Shown here: in pieces, positions 14,684 through 29,973 of the stretch
How positions within the stretch are numbered: position 1 is the first letter of the stretch
How the letters are laid out: every line of letters begins with the position of its first letter
Assembly: GCA_964016885.1 (NCBI GenBank)
Contig: OZ024746.1
Location: forward strand, 65,844,001-65,908,000
DNA length: 64,000 nucleotides
Direction of reading: 5' to 3'
From: Eledone cirrhosa
Lineage: Eukaryota
Program-made: the position numbers and the translations under genes
The notes under the pieces: model-generated
The model's database searches: none
What the model saw: only the letters and a program-made list of their open reading frames with translations
Told to the model about the DNA's origin: nothing

Positions 14684-14738
14684 ACTGCAATATATATTTC
14701 GGTGACAGCTATCTTTCGATGTGACCTCTTCAGGCAGT
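14684..14738 (-). ncRNA. Minimal type I hammerhead ribozyme, intact core
   Basis: actgc-CTGAAGA-ggtcac...gtcacc-GAAA-tatata-TT-gcagt, then AATAAA. Confidence 0.8.
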
Positions 14739-14826
14739 CCGAATTAGTGTGGTATAGACAAGTACATATGTTGTTGAGGTGTATAATTATGTCAATACTC
14801 TGATATGCCCAGTTCCTGGTTGGGTT

Positions 14827-14880
14827 GTTATTTCACTGAGGAACTGGAATCATATGATTCCAGTTCCTCAGTGAAATAAC
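14827..14880. repeat. Perfect 54-bp palindrome
   Basis: gttatttcactgaggaactggaatcat|atgattccagttcctcagtgaaataac. Confidence 0.9.
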
Positions 14881-15169
14881 TATGAAATAAAAGCAATGAA
14901 ATAAAAACAAAGAACAGGTACCTTATATTGAAAAAAAATCATCATTTTACGATCGTTTCTGGGATATATATGTGTTTGTTGGTATGTATATCAGGAAAGA
15001 GAGCTCAACTATATATACAAGAAGTCCTAAAATTATATGTATTTATATTAAAATACGAACACCTGTATACAATTAGGAGCAGATTATGTAGATAAATCTA
15101 CCAAAATAAACGGATTGGACACTACCGTTTATTTTGGTAGATTTATCTACACACATATATCTTTTTTTT

Positions 15170-18100
15170 CTAGGGCCGGTAAAATTCGCGAGATCCATGA
15201 ACGAGTTCTCTCCAGCGATCTCTGTCCCTCATTATCGCTGTCTCCAACAGACCAGTGTCTGTCCTTAGGGCATCAACATACGTTAACCTTGGTCATCCTC
15301 TTCCAGTGTGACCATAAAGGGGCTCCCACAGGAACACTGAGTGCAATGTCAACTCTGCATGTCGGTGAGATGTCTAGCTAACCTCAGTCTCCTCTGTGTC
15401 ACTTCTGAGCTGACTTTTGAGAGGCTCCCATACAGCTCTGAGTTTTTAATCCTCAGTGTATACTGATTAATGTTCAGAGCCATCCTCAGCATTCTCGTGT
15501 ATCCGCTATCTGAGTGAGTTTCTTGGTCAGTGTCCAAGTCTCAGACCCGTACAGCAGCACAGACTCCACTACAGCAATGAAGAGGGGGATTTTCAGGTCT
15601 TTAGGAAGGTCCGACTTCCAAACCGATCTCAAGCTGTGGCACGCCGCCAAGCTTTGCTCTTCCTCTTAACCACATCATCTTCCGTATTCCCAATCTTTGC
15701 TCCCAAATACAGGAAGTCCTCAACCAATTCTAGCAGCTTCCTGCGTACATTAGTGATCCTCTCTGGCTTCTCAACATTCTCTACCAAATATTTTGTTTTA
15801 GTCTCATTCATTCACAGCCCCACACTCATCGACACAGTCTCAACCTCCTGCATCGAATCCTCTGCCTCCTTCACTGTATTTGTCACCAAAATTATGTCGT
15901 CGGCAAATTCAGCATCCGATATCTGTTTCGCCTTAACTCTCCTGCTCTGAGCCGGTGCTACAGTAAAGCCAGAGTCCTGGTGTTTCTCCAGTGCAAGGCG
16001 CATACAATAGTCCACTACGATGATAAAAAGGTAGGGAGCCAATGCATCTCCCTGGAGCACTCCAGCCAGTATCTCAAAGAACTCTGTCATCCCATCAGGT
16101 GGAATGACTTGGGCTTTGGTGTTGGTGTAGAGCAGTGATATAAGGTCCACTATCTTCTTGGGGATTCTATAAGCCTGTAAGATCTTCATCTGGCAGTGAC
16201 ATTCCACAGAATCAAAGGCCTTCCTAAAGTCAATGAAATCCATGACCGCAGGAAGGCACTTTGCTCTAGCTCCCTATAATATCCTCCTGAGCATCAGGAT
16301 GTGACTGGTGGTTCATCTTCCCTCTATGAAGCCGTTTTGGTTGTCCCTGAGCTTCTTCTCCATCTCGGGCTGGATCCTGTTAAGAATCATCCTGTTGAGG
16401 GTCTTTGCTATAAGTGACGTCAGTGAAATCCCCCTGTAGTTGTTGGTGTTAGAGAGATCACCCTTCTTTGGCACTGGGACAATGTTAGTGATCCTTCACT
16501 GATTCGGGCAACTCCTTTCTCCAGTGCCTGGGCCCAGGATGATATCATCAAAATCACACCTCTTCATCACCTCTGGTGCCACTCCATATTCTCCATGAGA
16601 CCTGCCCTCCTTCATGTTGTTATTGGCTCTCTGAAGCTCCTCTCTGGTGAAGGGCTTGTCTCAATATCCATTTCTTCAAACACCCGCCTGATCTCCACAG
16701 TGCTCTGGGCTGTGGAGGGCGGCTCTCCTAGTAGGGTTCTAAAATGGTCTAGCCATTTCCTCTTCCCCTCCTCGAGCCCTGTTCCCTGGATCTGACCTGA
16801 ACACCTTCTCTACCTCCCTGTGATCTCGTTGATGATCATCCAGCTCTCCTTACATCCAGACCTCTCTCAACCGCTCTCTCCACACTTCTGATCTTCTCTA
16901 TCAGTGCCTCCTCTCTGACCTCAGTGTAAGCGGTACAGAGTTCTTCCCTCATCACAACCACAGTCTCCACCATCTCCTCCGTAGGATCAGCATAGAATTG
17001 GCCCTTGGCAGCTTTCATGTGTTTTATGGTTGCACACACTTTTGGGTTTGCAGAGCTGACGTGCTTCCTTTTGTTCTTTCTCCTCGGCACCAGGGTCTCA
17101 CTTGCTTCCGCCACTGCATTGGTGAAGTTCCCGGACCTCCTCGTCACACTCTCCTCAGTCCATCCAATCTCTCTCTCCTCTGTCTCTCCACACTGAGCAC
17201 TGAACCTGTTCCTCACTTCCACTGTGAACCTCTCCTGTAGCTTATCATCTTCCTTGAAAGCTCCCCAGTAATAGATTGCTCTCCGGGGCTGAGCCTTGCT
17301 CTTCTTTAAGCTGACCCGGACCTCACTCATAACAAGCCGGTGGTCACCACCCAGTGTACTGAAATAGTTGTATGGTTCTGTGTTCAGAACACTATTCCGC
17401 CAGTTCTTCCTCACCAGAATGAAATGAATCTGGGACTTGGACAGGCACATATCTAAGATGTAGGTCCACATCTTCCCCGGATTCTTCCTAAACCTTAGGT
17501 TGGTCGCTATCAAGTTCGCCTCCAGCAGAGTGTCTCTCAGTAGTCTTCCATTTCGGTTGGTGTTGTTATGGAAGTACCAGCTAGGATTTTCACTGCCCCC
17601 CTTACTCAGATGTGCATTGGAGTGCCCCCAAACAAGCAGGATGTTGTGTGCTTGTGTGGTGTTGACAGCTCTACACACCTCCTCATGGAACTCTTCCGCA
17701 CTCACATCACTGTCTCCCTCGGCTTGATTATAGGCTGAGATGACTGTCAGCCTTGGGTTTCTATTGAAGGTCACCCTCAATACTCATGGGGAGACAGGTA
17801 TTACTTCTCTTTGTCAATAGACTCGTTTTTGTGCTGAAAACAAAACCCACTCCTTCCACTGCAGCATTGGTCATGTTCCTCACTGACGATGTGATGATGA
17901 GCTAGCTCATCTTCCCAAGCATCACACTTCTCGCGGGCTCATCCTGTAGGATCCTGTGCACTTGGAGCTCAATGATCTGTATACCACTCTCCTCGAACAG
18001 ATGTCCCAACTCCTCTCTCTTCTCCAGCGTCCGAATAGTCCTCACATTCAAAGTGCCCATTTTGATGGCTCTTCTGCAGGACAAAACTGCATTCTTTATA

Positions 18101-18451
18101 TTTGTCTCAGAGACAGCTGACCCATCATCCACTGGCCCTCCCTGTGGCTCTAAGCCAACCGAGTCATAACAACCAGACTGCTCCTTGACAGCGTAATTAG
18201 GGGCTCTAACCCTAGTGCTGTTAGATATACTCTCTATATTTATTTTCAATGGCTGACAATACCTTACCGGCGTCACTCGAATAAGGTAATTATTTAACCC
18301 ATAAATGGGGCGCTAACAGGTACTACTACGCTGGGCCAGAGCAGACCTAGGAATTTAGTCAACTAAGGCGTAACTCCACATTCCCCACAGCTCCTGAACT
18401 CCCGAATTGGAGCCTTGCCACTGGATATAGTTTAATGTCATACACAGGACA
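15170..18451 (-). mobile_element. Near full-length RTE-type LINE (APE + RT), frameshifted
   Basis: APE motifs (GTLNVRT, VISAY, GDHRLV) in 16836-18276. RT motifs FIDFRKAFDSV, GVLQGDALAPYLF, FADD in 15812-16243. C-terminal RLRLARH. Likely 5' UTR at ~18280-18451. Confidence 0.92.
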
Positions 18452-18490
18452 TACATATATATATATATCTATATCTATATATACATATAC

Positions 18491-18556
<66 letters not shown>

Positions 18557-18560
<4 letters not shown>

Positions 18561-18722
18561 GAATAATATGCTCCGAAATCATTAGACGTGTCAGTCGAAC
18601 CTGCGGGTCCAGAATCAGACAGATCCACACAATGATCGCGTCTCGAGCTGTCCGCCGGCGAATCAATTGTAACACAATAAATTGAGTTCAGAAGCATCAC
18701 TGATTTTTCGTTTTATATTATA
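18557..18722 (+). mobile_element. Family F element with degenerate HHR at 18588-18675
   Basis: gtgt-CAGTCGA-acctgcgg...ccgccggc-GAAT-caattg-TA-acac-AATAAA. Shared with 42791-42928 and 59829-60052. Confidence 0.65.
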
Positions 18723-18742
18723 TATATCTCTCTCTCTCTCTG

Positions 18743-18797
<55 letters not shown>

Positions 18798-18850
18798 ATA
18801 TATACATATACATATATATATATATATATACATATATATACATATATATA

Positions 18851-19775
18851 TCATCATCATCATCATCATCATGTTTAGCGTCCGTGTTCCACGCTTGCAT
18901 GGGTTTGGACGGGGGTTTTCCCACTTGAGGCAAGAGTGGTTGTCTTGCTCGCATAGGACTCTCTGGCGGGTTTTCTACAGTTGGATGCCCTTCCTAACAC
19001 CAACCACATTTACAGTGTGGGGCTGGGAGGTTTTTACCGTGTTGCCTACACGGCCACATTACAGCGTGGACTGTCTGGCGGGTTTTCTACAGCTGGATGC
19101 CCTTCCTAACACCAACCACATTTACAGTGTGGGGCTGGGTGGTTTTTACCGTGTTGCCTACACGGCCACATTTACAGCGTGGACTGTGTGTTTTTTTTTG
19201 TCGTGACACCTACACGATCTCATTTGTTTCGGCCTGGATGTTGTGGGACCAACATAACTTTACATTGAAAGGGGCGGTGTGGATGGGGTGGAGGTGGTGG
19301 GACGGGGGTGTGTTTTGATAGAGATGCCTACTGACTGTAGTAGGTTTTTACTTTTTATTTAGGTAAGGCGGGTCTTCTCTATTACTGAGTAACGCCAAAG
19401 GTCTCGGTCCAGTGACATTGTCTTGGAGAGGTGTAAGCGTGTGAGGTCGGAATTTATCAGCTCGTCCCATGTTTTTCTGGGTCTGCCTACTCCGTGGCTA
19501 CCGTCTATCTTTATTGCCCTGCACTTTGTTATACAGCTGTCGTCTTTCATGCGCATCACGTGACCGTACCAACGTAGCCTTCTCTCGAGTAAACAACATC
19601 TGATCCCTCTTATTTCTAATTTTTTCCTTAGTTCGTTTATGCTTTGCCGTTCATGTATATTACTATTGCACATCCAGCGGAGCATGCAAGCTTCGTTCCT
19701 CTCTAGTCTGCGTATATCCTCTGCACACAATGCCCAGGTCTCACTGCCATGCAGCATTGCTGTTCGTATGCATAT
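18851..19775 (-). mobile_element. 5'-truncated RTE LINE with (GAT)n tail
   Basis: ORF 19359-19757 (LHGSETW...RRLRWYGHVMR...GRPRKTW). 3' UTR with a ~115-bp tandem duplication (18957-19185). (TCA)n at 18851-18872. Confidence 0.9.
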
Positions 19776-19805
19776 ATATACACTGTTCGTATGTATATAT
19801 ATACA

Positions 19806-20755
19806 CTAGCCGAATTACCCATTTCTTTTGTGAGAAAATGATGATTGATTTTAAATCAGGGATATAATTTATGAAGAAAACTCTGCATTTCAATATTACT
19901 CAATGTAAAATATAATGCATGAAAAATTGGAAAATATTATTTTTTGTATTATATCAAATTAAAATTACATTATTAAATCTTATTCATATTTTGTTTCTTG
20001 TAAATAATTTTCAAAACTTGATCATTTCATTTTTGTGTAAAGCATTATTTTCAAATTAGAAATTCAAAATTTAATTTTCTTTTTAACATAATAGATACAT
20101 GAAAATATATTTCATATTTTGTCATAATGACGTACTTCAGGTAAAACAACATTTCTTGTCTCTTTTTGATTGGCTAAAACTTTTTGAAGTTCCAGTACTT
20201 GAAACAGCCACATAAAACAAACCATGACTGAAACATGAAAGTTTGACCTTGACTTTTATTGATGCTCATGGCAAAGCATGACCTCACTGGGACCTGCAGC
20301 ATTTTAAATGTAAAAGGCAACTCGCTATCACTTGGTATAATTGGAATACTCGGAATGAGAAGAGCTTGACGTTTGTAAGCCCCGAATATAATGGTTGCTT
20401 GAATCAAGTTCTCATGCAATCTTGTTACAACACATCTTGTTCCATTTATTTTCCAAAATTCTCACTATAAGAGTTTAACCCCCATTAGGGTGTCTTAATA
20501 TTATTGGAGTTTGCTGAGATTTTGCGAATAGGCATCATATTTTGTCATTTACCGATGGTCTAAATTTCATATAAATCGAAGGAACACATTTTTCAGCGGG
20601 GATTTTCTGCGGTGGTTTGTTTCCCCTGGGAAACCTTTGATTAAAATGAAATATACTTATCCAAGCAACCTGGGCAATGTACTTTCAGAATATATATATG
20701 GTTATGGGGTCTATCTCCAAAACAATAGGAACTACAACTTTATATATATATAGTT
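19806..20755 (-). mobile_element. Internally deleted Helitron with Pif1-helicase remnant
   Basis: NGTR...IPSIPIIPSDSELPFTFKMLQVPVRSCFAMSINKSQGQTF at ~20150-20445. 3' CTAG end at 19806-19809. Confidence 0.85.
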
Positions 20756-20847
20756 GCCGGTTCAGAGCTCGATGCTCACGCAGAGCAGAGAATAATATTA
20801 TAAAGAACAAAGAATCAGTGTTGCATCATGTCACATTTATTAACATA

Positions 20848-21576
20848 CTAGCAGAATGGCCGGCGTTGCTCGGGATTCTAAACATAGATTGGCATATCTA
20901 TCCCTCCTTTCTGAAACAGTACAGAGAAGTACGGATTACCTCGGCCTGGTGGTGTCTACATTTTGTGCTTATAAAAGAAATTCGTGGTAGATTACCAGGG
21001 GTTTAACTTAATTGGGTGCCTGATAGTAACATTTTCAAACCATGAAAGCCAAGATGATAGGGTTAAGTAAAAAGGCATTCGACAAACCGAGCATGTATTT
21101 ATTGTGCTATGGTACAATGAAAGCAATAGTTACAGAGCAGTAAGCATGTGGGACTGCAGTGGTGGAGAGTGGTGTTGTCTTACTCCTTTCAATGTTTCGT
21201 CGTATCTTCACCAATGGATGCAGAAGTCCTAATGAAAAGTGAAGGCGCCTTGGGTGAATAGGCAAATAATTTTACATTAAATAATCATACATTTTCAAAA
21301 GCATATAACTGCGTTCCCTCTCTTTTTTGTTGTTGTTTTTGCTTCTGTTTATATTTTGTTTTTGTGTATGGAAACATATCTGTACACGAATATATAATTA
21401 TATATATATATATTAAAATAACAGAGTAATGTTTAAGCCAAAAATCGCTTCTTTCACCCTAAACGGGATCTTCTGAAGTTAAAAAAAATCAATCTGTGAA
21501 CGCAGAAGTAAGTATTTTGAAAAACGTTACACAATATATATATATATATCTATACACTATATATATATATATATAC

Positions 21577-21674
<98 letters not shown>

Positions 21675-21967
21675 TATATATATATATATATATATATATT
21701 CATATATACACACACAGAGATAGTGTCATAATGCCAGACATACAGACATACAGACATATATTTTTAGGGCGCGACGTTCGGCTCCTAATCCGGTCCTTCG
21801 GGCATTGAACATTTGAAATATCTTTTGTTCAAAACACTTACAGGACCATAAGTATTACATGGGTAAAGCCTGAAAACAATCGGTTGAGTGGTTCTCGAGT
21901 TTTAGGGGGTCATACAGACAGACAGACAGATATACAGACAGACATTCTCTGTTTTAGATATATAGAT
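20848..21967 (-). mobile_element. Non-autonomous Helitron
   Basis: 3' hairpin cccgagcaacgccgg followed by ccattctgCTAG. Likely 5' TC at ~21967 after (CAGA)n repeats. Flanked by A and T. Confidence 0.7.
21412..21535. mobile_element. Family E fragment nested in the Helitron
   Basis: Matches the arm 45262-45382. Flanked by (TA)n. Confidence 0.75.
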
Positions 21968-22041
21968 TACATATGCATGGTAACGTATGTAATATGTTTA
22001 TAAATGTGACAAGATACAACACTGATACCTCGTTCTCTATA

Positions 22042-22650
<609 letters not shown>

Positions 22651-23226
22651 TAACTTATTGTTTTCAAATCAGTAGATAACTCACTTCCATAGAACATTGT
22701 CGTCTGCATTTTCCTCGTACATATGCAGCTTTTCAAAAATATACTTTGAACATTTGCACTCCATTGCGTTTATATCAATGAATATTGTGATGATCCTGAA
22801 CATTGCTAATAGAGTCTAGCAAAATCCTGGAACCGTAAATTATTGTATCTATGTTATTTACTTCGAACGGACATGAAATATGCTTTTGTATCGCAACACC
22901 TGATTGACCCAAACTTTCTTAAAATTCCGGCATTTATTTCATAGATACTTGTAAATAAATGTCTCCAACAAGCCTATAGATATAAATTCAGATGATTGCG
23001 CATTATCATTGATATGTTTTTATTTTTGTAGCAAAGACGAATATTGCCTGAGCAGGCTTTTAGTGTGCAATAGTGACAACTAGCCCTACATTCGTAATCA
23101 TTTGTACGGATATATTTGTGTTTATGAATGAGATTATACAAAAGCAAGCCCGTGAACATGTATAATCGTGTGTACTGCATTTCTCTGTGATATGCATCAC
23201 CCCCCCCCCCCCCCCCCCCACACACA

Positions 23227-23267
<41 letters not shown>

Positions 23268-23322
23268 ACACACAGGCACATGCACACACACACCCACACC
23301 CACACACACACACCCACGCGCG

Positions 23323-23357
<35 letters not shown>

Positions 23358-23444
23358 TTCCAGGAAGTGGAACGCGGAATTATTGTAGGTTCACCCAGGT
23401 GAGCACTCGACGTCAGTATCGAGGTGTAGAGCTAGACAGAGAGT

Positions 23445-23660
23445 AAAATAATAATACATGGACGAATTGTTACTCCTTCATTACCTTTATTTGTTGGTGA
23501 AATCTGTCATTACTATTACAGAGGTCTGATGAGCTTTCGATTCCAGAGTCAGGCCAGATCGATACAGATCGAACCATAAGCTGATCAGTAGCGAAAGTCG
23601 CGTCACGAAACAATAAACGTAATGAAGGAGTTACCATTCGTTCTTGTGTTATTATTATCA
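23445..23660. mobile_element. Foldback element with HHR-like motif at 23521-23610
   Basis: Arms ~23447-23510 and ~23603-23658. CTGATGA-gct...agc-GAAA-gtcgc-GTC, then AATAAA. Confidence 0.6.
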
Positions 23661-23662
23661 TG

Positions 23663-23715
<53 letters not shown>

Positions 23716-23991
23716 TTGTGTGTGCGTGCGTGATTCTGGATGAGTTTCGGAATAACGCGTAGCTTCTGCGCACAGATTACTGAATGTGCACACGTGGGGT
23801 GCAGTAATGAAACCACGTAATCCGGGTCCTAAAATTACTGCGTTCCCACACAACATCGTTTTTACCACTAGCCAACTCATAGCGTGGGCTCTGATATACA
23901 GACTTGTATTTTCTAAATATAAGCTCTGAAAAATCATGGATCGAGTGGAAATTCGGCGAGCTTAGACAAATTCAATTTATCTGGTTCAATA

Positions 23992-24626
<635 letters not shown>

Positions 24627-24823
24627 ATTTCGCTATTTGTGTACTTAAATGTTTGCGTTAGCTATAGTAATTGTCTGCGTTTTAACGTATTTGTGTGTTG
24701 TATTCGAACGTTTGTCTATGTTTTCTTAAATATGTGTATGTGTTTAAATACGTGGGTGTTAATGAAATTAATAGGTATTCAATGCATTTCTATTTTACTA
24801 TCTATCTATGTATTTATAATTAT

Positions 24824-26828
24824 GCGATACATCATAGAGAGGGTTGGGAACGAACCCGGCTTTGGTGGGGCTCTGATCAACTTGGATCAATCTAAGGCGT
24901 TCGATAGGGTCGACCATGGTTACCTGGATGCGGTGCTAGCGGCGGCAGGCTTCGGACCCGTTTTCAGGGGCTGGATCACTGCTATGCACAGCGGCCGCAT
25001 CTGCTCTAGGGTCAAGGTGAACGGCTACCTCTCGGAGCCGTTCAAAATCGCGCGGTCCATCCGACAAGGGTGCCCTCTCTCCTCCCTTCTGTATGTGTTG
25101 ACTCTCGAGCCACTACTGCGGAAGTTGGAGTTGTTGCAGGGCATCCCTTTGGAACCGGGATTGCGGAAAGCGGTGTCGGCCTACGCCGATGACGTAACAG
25201 TAATGGTGTCGACGGCCTCCGAAATCGAGGCGGTCGGCACCTTACTGGAGGAGTACGAAAAGTTCACAGGGGCTAAGCTGAACCGGGACAAGTCGATCGG
25301 TTTGCAACTCGGCACGTGGAGGGGCAGACCGATGCCCTCCGATAGCGTCGTCGGACGCTGGACGGAGGGCCCGGTGAAGTTGCTCGGGGTCTGGTTCGGA
25401 CCGGACCTCCAGGTGGAGAAAAACTGGGCGGAGGTTACGAACAGGGTGTTTGCACTGACCCAGAAGTGGGCCAGTTGCAAACTATCCCTGAAAGGTCGGG
25501 CGGAGGTGGCGAACACCTACATAGCGTCCGTCATCTACTACCGCCTGACCGTAGTGCCCTGCCCAAGGGAAACCCTCACCAAGATGGAGCGCGCGCTCTT
25601 CCAATTCCTTTGGAAGAGGCGGGCTCCTATGGTGAGGAGATCCATCTGCTGTCAACACCCTTCGAAAGGAGGGCTGGGGATGCCGTGGCTAATGATGCGT
25701 AAACACGCATTAAGGCTACGGCACCTCTACGTATTCCTCACCGGACAACCGGTGTGGGCCTCGTTTGTGAGACGAACCTTTCCCAAACTCGTCTCACTCA
25801 CCGAGCTGCAATCCTGGGTCAAGCAAAGACCGAGAAAACTGGGCGCCTGGCACACTGAGTGTGCCCAGGCGCTCACCGCCCTCTGGCAGGCGGATCCGGT
25901 TATCAGTGGAGACTCCACCGCAACATTCTATAGAGGGCTGGTACGCAGCAGGTGCGACGACGCCCTCGGAGAAGCCCTAGACATGGAGGAGGACGAACTG
26001 GCCAGCCTGTTCGGTAGGACATTCAGCCCGGGACCTATGGACAACTTCCAGAAGTCCCTGGCCTGGCAGTGCTACCGAGGGGCTTTACCCGTTCGAGAAA
26101 GGCTCTACAGACACGGGCGCCCGGGTAGGGACCCCGCCAAAAAGATCTGTCCCAGATGCGTGTGCGACGAGGAAACCGTTGCACACGCATTAGTACACTG
26201 CTCGGGCGTAGCCGATCTGTGGGGCTATGTCGAACAACTGCTGTCAAGGGTGGGACCGATCCGGTTGACCACCGAGTCGATTGTAATGATCAAGCCGCCT
26301 CCCCCCTTCAAAGATGAAGCAGAGGCGGTGTTTCTGTGCGTAATAGCCATGGCGAAAGAGGTTGTATGGTGGACGCGTCTGAAAGGACTGAGGTCGGGCA
26401 CCTTTCTCTCTGGCCAACAACTGGTCCGTTTCTTCCGATATCATTTCGGAAGAAGGATCAGGATGGAGAGAGAGGTGCTGCACCCCAGCCGTTTCTATGA
26501 AAGATGGGTGAAAGTGGCGAGAATGGCCCGTGTGAATGAGCCTTCACTCTACATCAGACTATAGGTGAGGAAGATAAAAGACCAAGGGAGCACCCCTTCT
26601 CTGTGCTCCTGAGGAGAAGGGTTGCACACTTTTTTCGGGGGTGTGTGCGACCCCCCAAGGCGCCTCCTCTCTATTGAGGATTTTGTTAAAAATTTTATTT
26701 TTTGTTATATCTTATTTTATTTTTATATTTTGTTATTGCCTTCTCCTTATTGAGGACGCCTTTTTGTGTAAACTCCCCCCTTTGTACTTGTCCCACTTTT
26801 GATGCCCTAGTGGCAAATAAAAGAAATA
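24824..26828 (+). mobile_element. Young 5'-truncated L1/Tx1-clade LINE
   Basis: Open frame to 26564 with [26 protein letters not shown] and a [14 protein letters not shown] zinc knuckle. AATAAA near the end. 21-bp TSD tatctatgtatttataattat at 24803-24823 and 26829-26849. Confidence 0.95.
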
Positions 26829-27454
26829 TATCTATGTATTTATAATTATCTTTCTCTCTATATATATCAGGTGAAAGGTTGCCGATAGGAAAACCATCTT
26901 CATCGCGTCATTTTACATAGAGTATATTACATAATACTTCTATTTGGCAATGGTCCATGCTATATATCTTATCAGTAATGAATGTGAATCATAATGGCTA
27001 CATGACATATCTGTAGACAGCAAGCTTATGACTGTTAGGCCGTTCTCTGTATGTTGCGTTGAAATGCATCGTGTGGATTGAACTTGTGTAATCCAGTAAA
27101 AAATTATTATATTTGCAATATTTTCATGGCGCCAAAAACTTGGATTAATTCCATAACATCCTACCTCCAAGACTTGTTTAATTTTATATAAACCTTGAAT
27201 GTTTCAACTTTATTAACTATGTAACAAAGCCAGTTCTTTAGCCAGCTCATTTATTATTCAAATAAATAAAATACGAAAGCGTCAGTGTAAATTATTGACT
27301 ACTTGGGATTTGGGAAAGATGTAATTTCATGGCTAGATTTAGATATTCACGTTGCGCATGCATGTGACATACAAACAGCGTCAGCTATTTGAACCGCGAA
27401 ATACTTTATTACGGATCTTTAAGAAATTTGTTTCGCGGATAATGTGCTAGAGCA

Positions 27455-27538
<84 letters not shown>

Positions 27539-29927
27539 TTGTCTGTATTTCTGTTTTTATAATCGTATATAGTAATGTATGTGTCACATATGATAGTGAA
27601 GTGAAAGACTGGGAATAATCTTTAGATTGTCTTTGAATGTAGTCAAGATTAATAACCACCACCATCACCACAACAACAACAATAGCAACAACAGAAACCA
27701 TATTTTGATTCATTTTGGAAAACCTCTTTCCTGAGCTTAATTGGGATTCGACAAATTACAGCCACTTGGTATATGAGTTTGCTAGCGGAAACAACAAAAC
27801 AACACTAGCTACTACTAGCATGTAAGTTACCCGACACAAATGCCTTTTTCCCCGTTTTGTTTACTGGAGTATCTCTATGTCAATTCTGGACTGTAATACA
27901 ACTGGATGTTGGAATATGCGCACCTAGAATTTCCACCAACACACACACAGGTTAGTCCATTATTAATCTGATCCACTATTCTAGTAATTGAATTTAAAAT
28001 TTCTTTCAATTCTCCAATCAATATCCAAATTATGAGGCTAACAGGATTTTGGTAACAAAAGTGAAGGTGAAAATTTGGTGGCAATTTCAATTACGTTAAT
28101 TAATTTTCCGGATCATAGAGGTCCATTTTGAAAAGGCCGGCTATTATTAAAACATTACTTGACATTAAATGTCTAAAGTCATTTCAATTATTTTATATTA
28201 CACTTAATAGTCCCTGTTGGTATTTGTTAATCCTCATCCATTTCGGATAATATCGCTTTCTTTTTTTTTATAAATTGCACTGCGGGATGTGTTTGACTTT
28301 AGCATTTGCATGACCTTTAAAATTGTGAGTTTCGTGTTAAATTACAAACTCCTCAGTATTAAAGCATTCTTATTTTTGATTCGCCTCTTATCTTTCTATA
28401 TCTTATGTCATTTAGCAAGCCGGGATCAATTCATTTAAAATACTACGTTTAAAGCTTCCTCCTACAAGAAACAATTACTGCTGTATTGCAGCACCGGATG
28501 AGACATTATCGATTTGTTATACATGTCAAACTAAAACACACATTAAATGTATCTTCTTAAGCTAAACTGATACGTCTATTCCATATATGAAAGAATAATT
28601 GAACTCAAGACAATGAGCTATATTACTTTAAAGTAGGTGTAATGCATAGACAAAGAAATACGGTGTGGCATAAATGAATGTGTGATTTGGTTTCGATATG
28701 TTCCATTCAATACATGTCACTTTTATCACAAAATCTGTTCGAAAAAGAACGAATGTTACATATTTTTAAGCTCTTTGACATATGATTTTTTGTATAAAAA
28801 GACAAATCTATATTATTGGCTTATATTATTGCATTACTGGAAAATCTATCATGATTATTACATTTAGATACACTTCACATGTTTAGAATCAAATCAATCG
28901 ACCGAAGCTTCTCGTTCGTTGAATGTTTTACACGCTGATGAAATGCAGACACGACTTTGGTTGGATGATGAGTTTGTAGAGCATTAGAACAAACGAGATA
29001 TTCCGATGACATTTTCCCAACCAAAGTCGTCACAAACGCTCTTATGTAGTCTTAAACTACAATATTTCCAATACTAAATTTACAGACGAGGGATATCAAA
29101 ATGAATATAACTAACGGAAGAATGACATAGTATTGGCGTAAGTCAGATACCACATATATCTATTCTCAAGTAATTACTATAAGAATATTATTGCATTGGC
29201 AGCGTCAATATCTACGTTTCAGTAGTTTAATGATAACGACATTATTAGGTGTATAACATGTTACCTATCATATAATTTCCCAAGCATAACATGATCAACA
29301 GACGACCTCATAATGATTAAAACGTTCCTCATATGTATCTGTTTATTGTCTTATAATATAGCAAATATCTCAATGAGATTTAATGGAATATGTTTCTCAC
29401 CTAAATCTAATTTTCAATCATTTTGATTCCCAGAATGAAATGGAAATTATAAATATGAATATTATTTTAAATTTAACCCTTTATAATATATGACATTTGA
29501 TTCTATATATCTCTGTTACATACAATATAATGATTTGCATTTATTGTTGCAAGAATAAAACACTAAAGTGAGTTTTTTGATTTCTACTTCTCTATTCCGG
29601 AGATAAAATAAAGATGAAATACTATTACACAAACAAAATGTATTTCTACGGTATCGATAAACCTTTCTGTATACGCTTGCCATTGTATTGGGATGCATAT
29701 ACGCCAGATATGTAAATATGCAGACCGTTATCCTTTGAAGTATTCTGTTGAATAATGGATCTATAGATTATCAGCATCCAAAATCTATTACGATAAGTGT
29801 CAATGACCTAAATTATTTCAGAAAAGGAGCTAACACTATGCACTCACACGCGCGAACTAATATATACAAGCCATACTATTCATCCCTCCCCTCTCTGTAT
29901 ACCTCTTTCTCTCTATCTCTCTCTCAC

Positions 29928-29973
<46 letters not shown>

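Noticed and set aside
18957-19185. Direct repeats resembling a CRISPR-like array
   Set aside because: A simple tandem duplication in an RTE 3' UTR with no unique spacers, in a eukaryotic context.
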